From the NCBI GenBank assembly GCA_965637545.1, contig OZ281500.1, forward strand, positions 8,680,001-8,744,000: a stretch of 64,000 bases of DNA, in the 5' to 3' direction. The position numbers and the translations under genes are program-made. Shown one piece after another: positions 10,436-23,055 of this stretch. This DNA is from Phallusia mammillata. Its lineage: Eukaryota. Each line of letters opens with the position of its first letter. Within the stretch, counting starts at the first letter, position 1. A model generated the notes under the pieces. That model did no database searches. It was not told the origin of the DNA and saw nothing but the letters and a program-made list of their open reading frames with translations.

Positions 10436-13400
10436 CTAAGTTTTAGGTATGTCTTTGCGATCTCTATAAGCCTTGGCTACCAAGTGACCAACTTTTTTCA
10501 TATCAGCCTCTTCTATCATATCACCTTCATGTCCATGCTCTGGAAGTAGTAAGAAAAATAAATAAAACGTTTTTAATGTTAATATGTTTGTTTCAATTAA
10601 ATCAGCGTTATCAAATATGGATACGCGGTCCCTTACGGGTCCGCAGAGCAATTTCAGAGGAACCGCGAGGATTAAGACGTATATTTCTGCAATCTTATGT
10701 ATTTTATATCAGATCTTGCAACTGTATATAAGAAAACATTTGACACATGAGTAAGTTTTCACTGCCTGAGGAGCACTAAATTAAACAATTTGGCCTTTGG
10801 TGTATATACGTTGCACTTACGTCGTAGTTTCAGACCTTCTTCACCATTAACGACTGGATTCATCCACGTTGAAGAACGCGTCACACTTGTCTCCATTCTG
10901 GCCCCTTGTGGCACGAAAATGTAGAACGCTACTTCCATTACGTCATCAAGCGTCATCGCAGTCTTCGACCGCATTTTCTTGCGTTCCCGGTTCATGGTAC
11001 GACTCTGCATTAAATTTATCTGATACAACTACAAACTGAGTGGAGACTACAAACTTAATTTTTTTGTGGCTTGGTCTGCTTGAAACATTCCCCTCCAACC
11101 GCGCGCAAAATTTTGAACGAACTTGTAGAGCAGTGGTTCTCAACTCATTTCATGCCATGGACACCTTGTCCAGCAAAAATAATATCGTGGACCATTCCAT
11201 TTTCAGCAAGATTGAAGTAAACATACGCAACAAGCTTTTTGGCTAGAAAACTTACCTCTTTGAAACCTCTTTTATAAAATGGGTTAAAATTATTAACAAC
11301 TAACATTTTGACCTTCTTTTTATGTTTTATATGTAATCATATCCAGTTTATCACCAACCCAATCAAAAATTTAAGTCGGCGTATCTCCGGCCAACTGTTG
11401 ATTTGACCAGTTCATGTCTGGATTATGCCACACTCGGCCACGTGGTCCTTGACGATTGTCGAAGATAATTTAGTTTTAAGCTTGGTTTGTTATGCGTGGC
11501 CACCTGAAGGATTTTTTAAGCATGGCCAGATTTATTGATTTGGGGAAAAGTTGAAGGATTTTTTAAGCATGGCCAGATTTATTGATTCGTTTTTTTAATT
11601 TTGTCTTAAATTTCAACAGTGTTCAATTTAACCTGCGTTAAAACTTGGTGTTGGTTTTGAAACGCTTGGCAAAATGCATGTGATGAATATTAAAACAACA
11701 TGGGTTCGTTTCAGTTTGATCATAGGACAACTCATAGTCTGCATGTGACGAATAAATCAAAATGTAGTGCGTTAAAATGGCGTCGTTTTTTGGTGAAAAT
11801 ATATCATTATTTAGTTCAAGCTACATCAGCAACTAACTTTCGGGTGACGAAACGCGCAATGTTTTTTAAAAGCTGTCGGGTAACGTTGAAACAAATTTAA
11901 ATAGACTGTACAGTTTATCAAATAAAAAACAGCAACTAGGTATTGTTTGGAGACTTTGAAAAACTTTGTGTGCAACCACAGTCTTGTCCAAATTGTTCCT
12001 TTGTGACGTCAAACAATGTCGTATCGTGTAATTGGTTGACAAAATCACGTGAGTATGTATTTGAATATGATCAAAGTCTATATAAAACACAAGTTGTCCA
12101 ACCTATTGTTACGCAATAAAGCTTATGTAGCCATTTGTGTCCAAAATGATACTGTGGCTAGAGAAAAATAACACATAAATTGTCTGATTTTTACAAACTG
12201 GAGAGCATCAAATCAAATGTTAGAACCCAAAAGTTTTATTCGATTTTACTTATCAAACTCGCGTTAAATCCCACCAGTTTGTAAAAATCAGACAATTTAT
12301 GTGTTTTTCCCTATACCTGCTGTATTACTTTGGACACAAAATGGCGTCCATGCGGCTCTACGCGTAACAATGGGTTGGACAAAGTGTGGCAGTTGGAGAG
12401 AGAGGTGTTGCAGTGTCACTGTTATGACTTTTTCAAAACCTTGTCATCAACTTTTAAGACAGCTTAAATGGAGTCGTCGTTTGCTATACAACAATGGCGA
12501 AGAGTGCAGGCTGTGGTATTAATGGAATTTATTTAGAATCTTCAACCAAAAAACGTATCAGCATAGGTTTGGGAAAGCGTATCAGCATAGGTTTGATGTA
12601 CATCGTCTGTTATAAGTGGTAAGTTCTTGGTTTGTATGTTCAAGTTCCTTTAACTAACTGTGTTGAAACAAAATATACTAAAATAGTTTTATGTGTGTAA
12701 TAAGTTGCAGAATTGGAACGTCTACTTTTAAGCAAGTCGGTTGAGCCTTTTATTTTTCTCATCACATCACAAGTTTCAGAAGTCTAAACTAACTTGCAGT
12801 CATTCTGTTTACAGATGTTTTATTACACGGTGAGCAAGAGCTGGGGAATGGAATGAGGACGTGCACTACGGCATTACTGGCAACATTGATTAAAAGCGAA
12901 ATGTTTTTTTCAATACAAAGTGTACAAATAAAATATGTTGTGTTATTTTTACCATGCGCCGGGGTAAAGAAGTAATTTTCTCGTGTTTAGGCTTGGGACA
13001 TGCAAGGGTTATCTGAATTTTAATGTATTTAAGTTTGGAACACCGAAGTGTTATCGTACTTGCGCAGTGCATAATGCACGTGTAGGCCATCGAAAGGCCG
13101 ATGTCAAATTTCAGGGGTATACACAAGTGTCTATCCCAATTTTATCAATGGACTATAACAACTGACCATGTATGACTGATCGATAATTTATGGATAAATC
13201 AAGCTTGGGGTAGTGATAAATTTCTGATTGGGAAATTCAGTAGACGTTCTGTGGGCCACCCAAAAAGTCATCATGTACCACTTCTGGTACATGGACCACC
13301 AGTTAAGAACCACTGTGGTAGAGAGTTACAACATATTAGGTCCCCTCTATAAACAAAATGGACTTGCGAATCAGTGCTGATCGTAGTTTTAAATTCATAC

Positions 13401-16400
13401 TTTATTTATCGATGGTGCTTAACAGGATACGTTGTAACAACAAATTAAAGAAGTCAAACCTTTCTGATTGAATCCCATGCGTCGGTTACTTCCTCTTGTG
13501 ACGGAAACAAATTACAGTCGTTGAAGAAAGCAGGTAGCTCACTCGATTCCATTTCATTCCAAAACTCGCGTTTCTTAAACATCAGCTCAAATTCTAAAAA
13601 AATCACAAAGTAAAGTATATGTTGCCTTTACAGATCAGAGCACAATATATGTGTCAGCTTTATGATTTGAGACACAATCTTCTTGTGCGAATTTTACAAC
13701 TTATGCACTTACTTTTTGTTTGGTCCAAATAACTCTCCAGTTCATCGTAAGTTAAGAATAAAGATGGTTTCATCTTGCCATGGCGTTCTTGCGTTCTTCT
13801 CAATATGCCACGGTACTCACTCACTGCTGAAGCCATGTCTGGGTAGCCGCTTTGTTTTATCTGCATGTAAGAAATGTGTAAATTGCTAACTAACGTGGGT
13901 AAACAAACCAACGACCAGAAGGAAACAGCCAAATATACAATGGATACTAAAGAGTTAAAATTTAAAGTACCTCCACACCAGAGTTGCAAGCGGGCCCGAA
14001 ATTTGAGACCGAACCCGGTCCGAACCCGAATCGTTTTGAAGAAGCCTGTTGGTCCGAATTAGGCCCGTGTGATACAAACACCAAAGTCTGAACCCGGCCT
14101 GAACGCGGCCCGAACCCGAACCCGACCCGAAAAGCCCGGCCCGACTTACAACTCTGTTGCAGACAACATGTAATTCATTCAGTTAATTGTCTGCACCTTT
14201 TCCTCAATGTGCTTTAGTTTGTTTCGTAGCAGCCATCCCCGAACTTGTCTTTGTATTTCGACAGCACTGTCCTGAATCAGCTCCCTAGAGGGCAATTCGG
14301 GTTCGGGATGAAACACCTAGAATGGCATTGATGTTCGTAAACGGAAAAGGTTATGCTTGAGATTTTAAAATCACAGAACAACGGTTAATTTTGAGTAACA
14401 ATCATCGTTGTATGCAAGTAATTTAACTCTTATACGTTGTTTCATACCTCATATACTTCATTGTGTGGTCCGACACGATTTAGTCTCTGCATCTCACGGC
14501 GTCCCGAAGCCCGCATGCTGTTCCTGGAATCTAGAAGACGTTGTTTGCGCCTTTCGCTTTTTTCTTTCAGAAGAACTTTAAACATACAAAAGTGTAAAAA
14601 GAAATAAGTAACACAAGAAATATGTTGCAAATGCTCTTCAATGTGGCATTGCTGTTTAAGAACATCAAATATTTTAACGTTTCAAAAAAACGTAAAAAAT
14701 CGGTTCAATATTTAATTCTTGTACACTGTATTGTTAAACCTTTATAAGATCGCGCCCATTCCAGCGTTTCCTTGCTTATTCCTGCACATTTCCTTGCAGC
14801 CCTTGTTCGAGCTAGATGATGTCTATAGGCCCGCTGCATCTTCACGGCAGCATTGGTGTGGGTTTCGTTGGCTTGTTCTGTTGTTTCATTAGTTGTTTCG
14901 CCAGCTGCCAAACATCAAATAAAAAAGGAAGAAAATTAGCCTACTTATTTAAAACATCGATGTTTTGTTGTTATTTTTGTGCAACATGTGAAATATTACT
15001 GTAGGTAAAGCATAGTTTTGTTCAAAATCAATCCCTACAACAGAAGGTTATGCTGTCAAAATTCACTGCAAGCATTATTCAAAACTCAAACGGAATCGAT
15101 AAGTAAACACAATTGTTAACAGATTAAAAATTTTACCAAAGATGTTTGGCATCATTTGTTACAATTTAAAATGTAAAATACATATTTTCTGTGAAAAAAA
15201 TGTGTTTTTAGTTCGAGTCTTTAAACAGGGTTTCGTACAATTCGGATAATACTCCCAGTATAAATTTGTACAAACACAGACATAAAAAGCCATTTATATA
15301 CTCAGTATATACATAAGACATAGCCAAAAAACTTACCCCGTGCGTTGTCACTGAATATCGCCTGAACATCAACACTACGATCAATTTGCTTTTGCCGAGT
15401 ACTGGCGACCATTTCCACAAACGGATCTCGAACTTCCTTCTCGTCCGGGATTGGACGACCCGAGGCGGGCCGAGACAACGAGGTCACTGCTGCGATTTCT
15501 TCTCTCGTAATCAAACGCGAATCCGATTCCACTGCTGTTTGCAAATCGTCCCCAACACTGTTTACAGGCTCAGCTTCGGCATCAGCGGAATTAGAAACGT
15601 GTTTAACATCTTCTGTACTTGGGATTTCTGGATCTGTCACAACTGCAACCGAATCTTCTTTTAGGACTTCTTCAGTTTGTATTGACTCCTTTTCTTTTTG
15701 CAATTCGCGTTCGACCTTTTTAGCTGATGTGATCACGATTCGAATAACGTAGCCGTCGTGAAGGATCTCCCTATCGCTCTCTATCGATGACTCGGATGTT
15801 GCTCTGTCGCTGCGGCCCGATGATGGACATTCTGATTCGTAATCGTATGATGCATCACTTTGATCTTTGACCTCTATTGTTGCGGGTGTGCTCACTGCAC
15901 TGTTGTCCTCGTCTCCCTCCTGCTCCTCCTTCTCTTCCTCCTCCTGCTCCTCGTTCTCTATCTCCTCTTGCTCCTGCTCTTCCTCCTCTACATTTTCGCT
16001 TTGTTCGTTTTCAGGGATACCTTCCAAAGTAAAGTCTCTGTTCTTCTTTATGCCTTTCCTGCGAATATCCTGGGCTGAATCATTTTTATCGAGGTTTGTT
16101 GTTTGTTTCTGTGTGGCGGTTTCGGGTACCACGTTGACGGCCAAAATAAGTTCGCTGACAACTGACTTAACAGCCTCGTGTATTTCGGCAACAACTTGCT
16201 CTCGATTAAACTCTTGTTCCGGAAGACCAACTTCCATGTTGTCTGTAGCAATAGCACTGTCAGAGGAGGATTGAACGTCGCTTTCATCATCAACACCGTC
16301 TGTGGTATTATTTCCCCGTTCCCCTTCATTACCATTTATTTCACTTTCTTGTACAATAAAATAGCCATCTTGGTCGGGTTCTATCTGGACTAAATCTTGG

Positions 16401-19400
16401 TCTTCAGGAAGATCATTATCCTCTTTTGCAGTCTGTGATCTTCTTGAGTCCTCAGAGCCGTTATCAACACCGGACGAGTTTTGTGTGGTCACCGAAGACA
16501 GCGATGATCTCGGACTTGCGGCGTCCAATGTGTTTTCATCCGATGCGGTAGAAACACTAAGGCCGTCGTTGTTGCAAATATTTGATGGTGGTTTTGAGAC
16601 ACCAAGCTGATCTACATCGCTGCGACCGACAAAGGAAGGATCTGACCTACAATAATGGCAAAACATTGAAGGTAAAACTCTAATTTTTTTTATTTATGCA
16701 AAAACATTTGCGTCATAAGGTTAGGGCTGAGGACATTTAATGACTGATTGGAGCAAAACTTACAAATGAATAAGTTTAAATGCGTTTTAGGTTTTTTATC
16801 GCTATATGAAAATGAGTGGGGTCAAAAAGTTGTTGTTTTCTCAGTGGGTCAAAAAGGTATTTAAGCTAAAAATACACTGCTAATCAATTACATCATAAAC
16901 AAAAAAACGTTAATTATGATCAGTATAATTTTCAGGTGGCACGAAATATTTGAAACACAAAACACTATGGATTTATTTCTGAACGTAACACCGACCGTGG
17001 CGACAAAGCAAACTCCAAAACGTCCGGAGACCCAACTTGCAAAGCAGCGGCCCCAGTTGAAGACGGTTGTTCATCGGAATAGGATCTTTCATCCGATGAG
17101 TCCAAATTAGCTGCACGACTGACAAGATCAGCGTAAGTAGTGGCACCGCCCTGGCGACTGGCATCCTGCAAACCGTCTAGAGGTCCTCCTGAAGACATAA
17201 AAGACAATACTGAATACCTATATTTTCTTGTCTCAGACTCTTAGAGCAATTAATAATACGAAAACGTTATGGTTGTGTTTCCGTACCACTTAGCCATTTG
17301 GAAAGCCAGTTGTCTTGTTCTGCTTCACTTTGCTCCTCCGCTGTTTTGGCCACGCTGTGATAATCTAAATATAAACACTGACATTAAAAATCAAGCAAAA
17401 AACAAGTGATTCGGTTCAAACTTTTCAAAGTTTCCACTTGCTTGTAAAGCACATAAGCAAAGAGAAAAAACAACAGTCAAAATTTGGCCCTACAAAATTT
17501 CATTGTTGGTAACATTATTTCAGTTCTCAAGTCGCGTGTGTACTTTTACATAGGTCATAACTCCAGTACTCGACAAGCGAACTTGACTTACCCTCCAAAC
17601 TTAGGACCTCTTCAAAATCCAAATCGTCGCCGGTTTGATCCCCCTTGTTGTCGGTTGCTATAGCTACGACCGCCGTGGTTCCACAGTAAACACCGCCTGC
17701 GACCGACAGACAAACATTACACAAAGGCACGGCCATGTTGAATAAAGAGATTTAGAATAATAGAACCATGCTATATTGTGGTAAGGTAAATAATGGCTGA
17801 TTTAAATCAGTCTTATTGACTTGCGTTTGGTTTGTATTAAGGGCCGATTAAATTTTGCAGCGTTACCTGAATGTCATCCCTACGGAAAATATATGTTAAC
17901 CGTAATATACTTTAACATTGTACACATTGATAATTAGCATGTATAGTTACCGGGCGGTGCATATGTGGTAGCGGTGAGATCGCTGGGTACGTGCATCGGT
18001 GCCACAATACTGACGAACGATAACTGTGGCATTGGAAATGTACCTTCGCACGTCGACACCTCGTGAATGTGGTCGGGCTTTTTTCTGCGGCCAGCTGACC
18101 ACAAAACATGTACAGTAAAAATTTGGGCCAATATGGTAAGAAAGCGTGCAGTCAATACATGATCAGTAGTAAGCTGCACACAGTGTTCACTGTTTCGACC
18201 CCAGTTTGTTGGGAGTAACAGAGTAAAAAGTCTAGCACGTAGGACTGCTGTCTTGTCACCAGCTGCACTGACGAGACGATATTGGTCGAAATACTGTGCA
18301 GTATCTGCAGCTTACTTATCTAGTATTATTGACTCGATTTCATTAGCCAGCATGTTGTGGTAATGCCAGAAAGTAATTTAGCCTTGTCATTTAGCATCAG
18401 CAATATGACAAGAGTCATGGTACGGTTGTAGTACCTGTTGGACGAACAGGTAAAGGGCCTCCAGTCCGCTGTTTTGCTCTCAGCTGTGCAACGTACGAGC
18501 TTGCAGACGACCGTCCTGAATTTGAGCCGCGGTCCCTAAACTTTGCCACAGACCTAAAAACACAAGCGGTTTAAGTGTTACGGTGGATTATTGCAATAGC
18601 TGTATGACAATAAGCAGAGAAATGAGTTTCCGTAAGAAACCAATTATTTTGCCTCGTTGGCGGATACGTCCAAAGAACTTTGTCACCACTATTCCATTGA
18701 TTAAGTTAGATACCAATCCGCTGAATAAGGGAATGATTACCAACAACACAAAAAAATAAGAAATTAACGACAAAATCACAAACCTGAAGAAAGAAATTTT
18801 AAACAATCGATTAGAAAATGAGGAAGAAAATGAGGAAATTTGAAACAAGGACAACATCACAAACTGTCCAACATTCACACGGTTAATTTTACCTCACTCG
18901 CATCGACTCCGCTACAGTCCTGTGACGAAGAATTCCAGTTGAGTGGTGACTGGCGGCTCCGATTGACTTCGAAACCTCTGATTGGGCGGGATAAGAACCC
19001 CACGAGGCTGCTGTTCTCGGCCGACTCGGCCCCTGGGCAGTTCCAGCACTACGCAAGCCATGGCCACGATCATACACACCAGCATGGTAATAGTCAGGGT
19101 CTGGGGTTTCGTCTGTGGGCCAACGAGCACCGGGCTTGTATTGACGATAAACCGCAGTCACTGAAAACACACAATAGTCAAATGACGTTTAAGGCCGCAA
19201 TGCTACCTGCTGGTCGTCAACAGTACAACTTAAAATTTTGACAATTGATATGTTTTTCTAAGTTACCCCCAGATAAGTATCGCGGACTAGACTGTGGTCT
19301 CGGCGAAAGCTGCGTAGCTGTTCCGTTTGAAATAACGCTCTTGGCTGATTTTGGTCGCGATAGGCTTGTCCCTGTACCAAAGCGCCTTTAAATTAAAGCC

Positions 19401-20845
19401 AAATTGTCACGCAAAGAATACAAGCAAACTACGCACTAGGTGTGTTGTGTCGTGCATGAAGGTCGTTCAAAGTTTCGATGTCGCCCTGGAAAAAAATAGG
19501 GTCCCAAACAAAAACTCCAAAGTTACAAACAAAAAATCAAATCAGTCACCATGTTGTCTTCCATCGTCGGTTCTGTGGATTTTGCTCTTTCTGCTGCGGT
19601 TAGTGGTATCAGAACCTTGTGTTGAATCTTGTCGCCGTCGTGCAGAGCAAGGACCATTCCCGAAGCCGACTTTGGAACTTGTGAATCACTTGTCGCTACA
19701 GGAATCATCGGATATCGCCATCCATGCTGAGGGGCTGACAAAACCTGCCAGAAAGTATCTTTCCATTTAAGGTGTTTGGTAACGTTGAATGTTTGAGTAT
19801 AATAAATACTGTTTAAATTTGTGTGTTGTTTTATGAACAGAATCGAAATTCATACCATACTACAGTATGTAGGAAGCATAGGTAAACGGTCAGTGTACCT
19901 GTTCTTTGATATTGTTCATTCTCTTTCCTGTACTGTCGGCCAAGTCAAAAACCGAAGAAACTGTTACGTTGGATCTCTTTGGTTGGACGACCGTCATCTT
20001 TTCTGTTGGAGGTTTAGGAATGCGATGTGGATTGCCGCTAGACAACAAAAGTGTGATAATAAAACATCGCAAAAACATGTAATTTGCATTGACAACTTCA
20101 AAATATCGTGACAGAAAAGTACCAAGCTGCACATGAACAAAAAACTAACTGCATATTTTCGCCGAACAATAAACAATACTTTTCTTTGTCAGTGAGTTAT
20201 TGTACTTACTTTTCTGGCGCATTTGAAAACGATCTTCCGTCGTGGTCGTTATCGTGGGACATGACAAGTCGCGCCGGAGCTGAATTCGATCTTGCCGAGT
20301 TCATGTTTTCGGGAGCATTACAGCTTTCTTTATCATCGGTTTGGGTGACTGAAGAATCCTTATTTAGAAATTCCTCCAGCGACAAATCACGATAGGCCGA
20401 CATTTTCGACTACACATTTACAAAAAAAAAAATTACTTGCACTTCAAACTAAAAAAAAAACAGAAATCACCCATCAACCGATGATGCTGTCAAAACATAT
20501 GTATCTCAAAGTCTTAAGGACGAATGACCCACAGAAGTGTTGATTTTGTATTGGGACTTTACACGCAAGAGACGTCATGTTGGCTAGTCTAAAAGGAGCG
20601 CTCTAGCTTATCTAATGACTCAGTTGTATGACCAACCAAAAAACTCTTACCTTGAAAGCTCCATGACTTTTAGGAGGATTCCGGCGATGGAGGAGGTTGG
20701 CTGTTTTTCGCACTCGAGTCTCAGTGTTGTTCTCTGGAAACTCAAGAAAGTGCTGTCGGGTGCCGTGTTTGTGATTGACGTACTGTCGCATGTAGTTTTC
20801 TTGCTGACTCGCGTGCTGACAAAAAATCCGGGCATAATGTAACAT
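10436..20845 (-). CDS. IQCM: IQ motif-containing protein M-like gene, ~18 coding exons, with a long acidic/low-complexity N-terminal extension
   Basis: Phase-consistent GT-AG exons: 10436-10539, 10821-11004, 13460-13593, 13713-13860, 14197-14316, 14448-14575, 14740-14904, 15337-16646, ~16997-17188, 17287-17364, 17592-~17696, 18435-18553, 18893-19160, and further exons to ~20.8 kb. The C-terminal ~330 aa match recalled human IQCM motifs: RVGPHNEVYEVF, IQRQVRGW, ELESYLDQTKKFELMFKKREFW, FFNDCSLFPSQEEV, STWMNPVVNGEEG, KKVGHLVAKAYRDRK. The start codon is uncertain. Confidence 0.85.
11131..13315. mobile_element. hAT-type non-autonomous element (~2.19 kb) in an IQCM intron, with MITE ends around ~1.9 kb of internal sequence
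   Basis: TIRs cagtggttctcaac / gttaagaaccactg with TSD ttgtagag / tggtagag. The paralogous intron in the pseudogene copy (~2370) lacks the insertion. Confidence 0.75.
12094..12382. repeat. Long imperfect inverted repeat (foldback), nested in the hAT element
   Basis: A perfect 31-bp arm pair lies at 12171-12201 / 12274-12304 (acacataaattgtctgatttttacaaactgg). Imperfect pairing extends outward to ttgtccaacc-attgttacgc / gcgtaacaat-ggttggacaa. Confidence 0.85.
13979..14156. mobile_element. hAT-like MITE (178 bp) with (c)ccgaa subterminal repeats
   Basis: TIRs cagagttg(c)aag / cttacaactctg and many ccgaac motifs. It is absent from the paralogous intron at ~2925. The TSD is degraded (5/8 match). 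Confidence 0.75.
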
Positions 20846-21569
20846 TAAAATATCTGCTGCGTATATTGCAGCAAAAATGTTTGGGTAGTTTGTACTAGTG
20901 GGTAAAAGAAAACAAAGGATTCTTACTGCCGGAATTTGATACTATATCCCTAAATAGAATATGTAACAACCAAACGAAGATAAATTTGTAAAGAATTATT
21001 ACGTCACTATGTCGTCATAATCTTGTTCCGGGATCAAGCACTTTCTACATTCGCAAAGCAAGCGCAATAATGGCCGCGTTTAATGTTCACCACACAATAG
21101 CACGCTATATAAGAGCAGGACAAAAGGCAATCCACATCGTCTGGAACTCGACAACACAATGCTCTGAAGTGGAAACAAATATATCGAACCGTGATATAAT
21201 AGTTTCAGTGGCGTGTACGCGGTCGCCGGGACGCTGGCAAGTGTTAAAATACTTGAGACCAACAACAAAGCAGTAGCAACACAAACAGGCGCCTAAATGC
21301 CCTGATTGTCAACAACAATAGGCAAAATGCCTGTAAAAAGGCCTGAGCAGAGGGCTCCACTATTTTCATTTCGTAAAAATGTGCGTTAGCGACATAAACA
21401 AAACAGAGAACAATGGGTTTGAAACATTAAAACTGAACCGATAGTTTAGTAAACTCGCAAATATTTAACTAAAGGCGTTACATTTATTCGAGTCCACGCA
21501 ACAAAGCACATGAACTTCCGGGCTCTGGCTTACACATCCTGTGTATTATTAGCATAAAAGTTGTCTCAC

Positions 21570-23055
21570 CTGCACACAATACTCCTTAAACATAACCAGC
21601 TTTGCAATTCTTGCAGGGTCTGTGATGACTTCAGGTGCTGAGGGTGGCCCTGAAACATGTTCTGACGGAATGGTAATGTGTATCTTTTTGACAGTTGATT
21701 CTGCATCTTTTTCTACCTTTGATTTCTTATTTATTAATTTTGATAGAGGGGTAGGTGAGAGCTTTGCCCATGAAAGCTCATGTTGAACCTGAACAATACG
21801 AAATTTATTACAATCTAGGCATTTTATTTCTGTAAAAGATACTTGCATCATTCAGAGCAGATTGAGGTCTTGCTCTTGGAGTTGGCTTAAGGCCGTATTG
21901 AAGTGCCATATCCCTTGAGTCAGTGTTCTCCTGCATAGGGCTTGCAAACTTTTTTAGACGAGGTGGAGCAGTCATAGGTCGATTCAGTCTCTCAATTCGA
22001 TTGCCACCAAAATATTCTTGATCTACTAGTTCTCGTGCAAAATCAAAGTCTTCCTCATAAAATCCCTTTGATAATACAACATATTTGTTACATTTTGGTA
22101 TGCAATAAACAAAGGCTTATTAACAATAAACACTTTTCTTTGTTTGAGCTTCTACAGCATTTTTGTGATATAAATAGTTTGGTAAAAACACATTTTAGAT
22201 GCATAAAAGGACAGGCAGTGTATTTAAACCAAACACAACAAACCTTGTCTCTAATGGTAGCTGAATCAACACTGGTTAAATCTTGTGTTGGACTTGGAGC
22301 AAACATAGATGAACCACTGTCTATATTCATACTGGATGCCTCTTCTTTTAAGGCATGTAATTCTTTCAGATGACCATCAATTGTCTGAAAGAAAAAAAAA
22401 ATTAACAACATGCTTATTTTTAAGTTATGTCTTCAATTTACCTTTAACTGTGTTTGTGAAATATTTAAATGCTTTCGCTTTTTACCCAAAGCTGCACGCC
22501 TTCTCGCAATATTTTTTTGTTTTTTCTCAAAGAGTTCGTCAGTAATTTTGCGTGCAGATGGAAAATACTGAAAAACAACATTATCAGCTATAATTTTTGA
22601 AAAGTTAAAACAGTAAAGCTCTTACTCCATCTGATCGAACCAGAACATGCTTGTTTGATTGAAACCACAAGTAAACTTTTCGAAGTGCCAAAAGTTGCTG
22701 TTCAGCTGCCTTGGCAGAAGCATTGCTGGTAGGTGAATCATATGAAACCTCAAGTAACATCTTTTCAAGAACAGAAAAGAAAACTCTGTCTTGTGTTTGT
22801 TGCCCTCTGATATTTTTTCTTCCTGGTAACAGTTTATTTCATGTTACATTATTAATTTATGAAAAGGGTTTAAAAACAACGGTTTGAAAAGAAGTTTTTT
22901 TCCAAATTTGTTCTTACCTGTAAGTGCCCGAACAGCTAGATCCTCTTTAAATCTTTGCAAACTATTCACCATAGTGTTAAACTCAGTAACTTGCATTAGA
23001 CGACAACTCTTCAAAATTTTTAGTTCCTTATCTGGACCAATCATTGTAATGGTGT
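21570..23055 (-). CDS. Five spliced exons of an unidentified protein; either a separate gene or the 5' part of the IQCM-like gene
   Basis: Phase-consistent exons at ~22917-23055, ~22626-22822, ~22253-22385, 21847-22045 and 21570-21788 read MIGPDKELKILKSCRLMQV...RVFFSVLEKMLLEV...LRKVYLWFQSNKH...GFYEEDFDFARELVDQEYF...VMFKEYCVQ. The model needs one GC-AG intron (21789-21846). No family was recognised. Confidence 0.65.

Noticed and set aside
15386-16393. Plus-strand ORFs rich in Leu or Ser runs
   Set aside because: They are antisense readings of the Glu-rich IQCM exon.
16715-16735. CCCTAACC (minus strand) as a telomerase RNA template, prompted by the TERC-LRRC34 linkage in vertebrates
   Set aside because: It is only 8 nt, lies inside an IQCM intron ~8 kb from LRRC34, and has no supporting structure. 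It is expected by chance.
21080-21268. Signal-peptide-like ORF MLLVSSILTLASVPATA...
   Set aside because: It starts at TTG, has no supporting exons or domain, and lies in a probable intron or promoter region.
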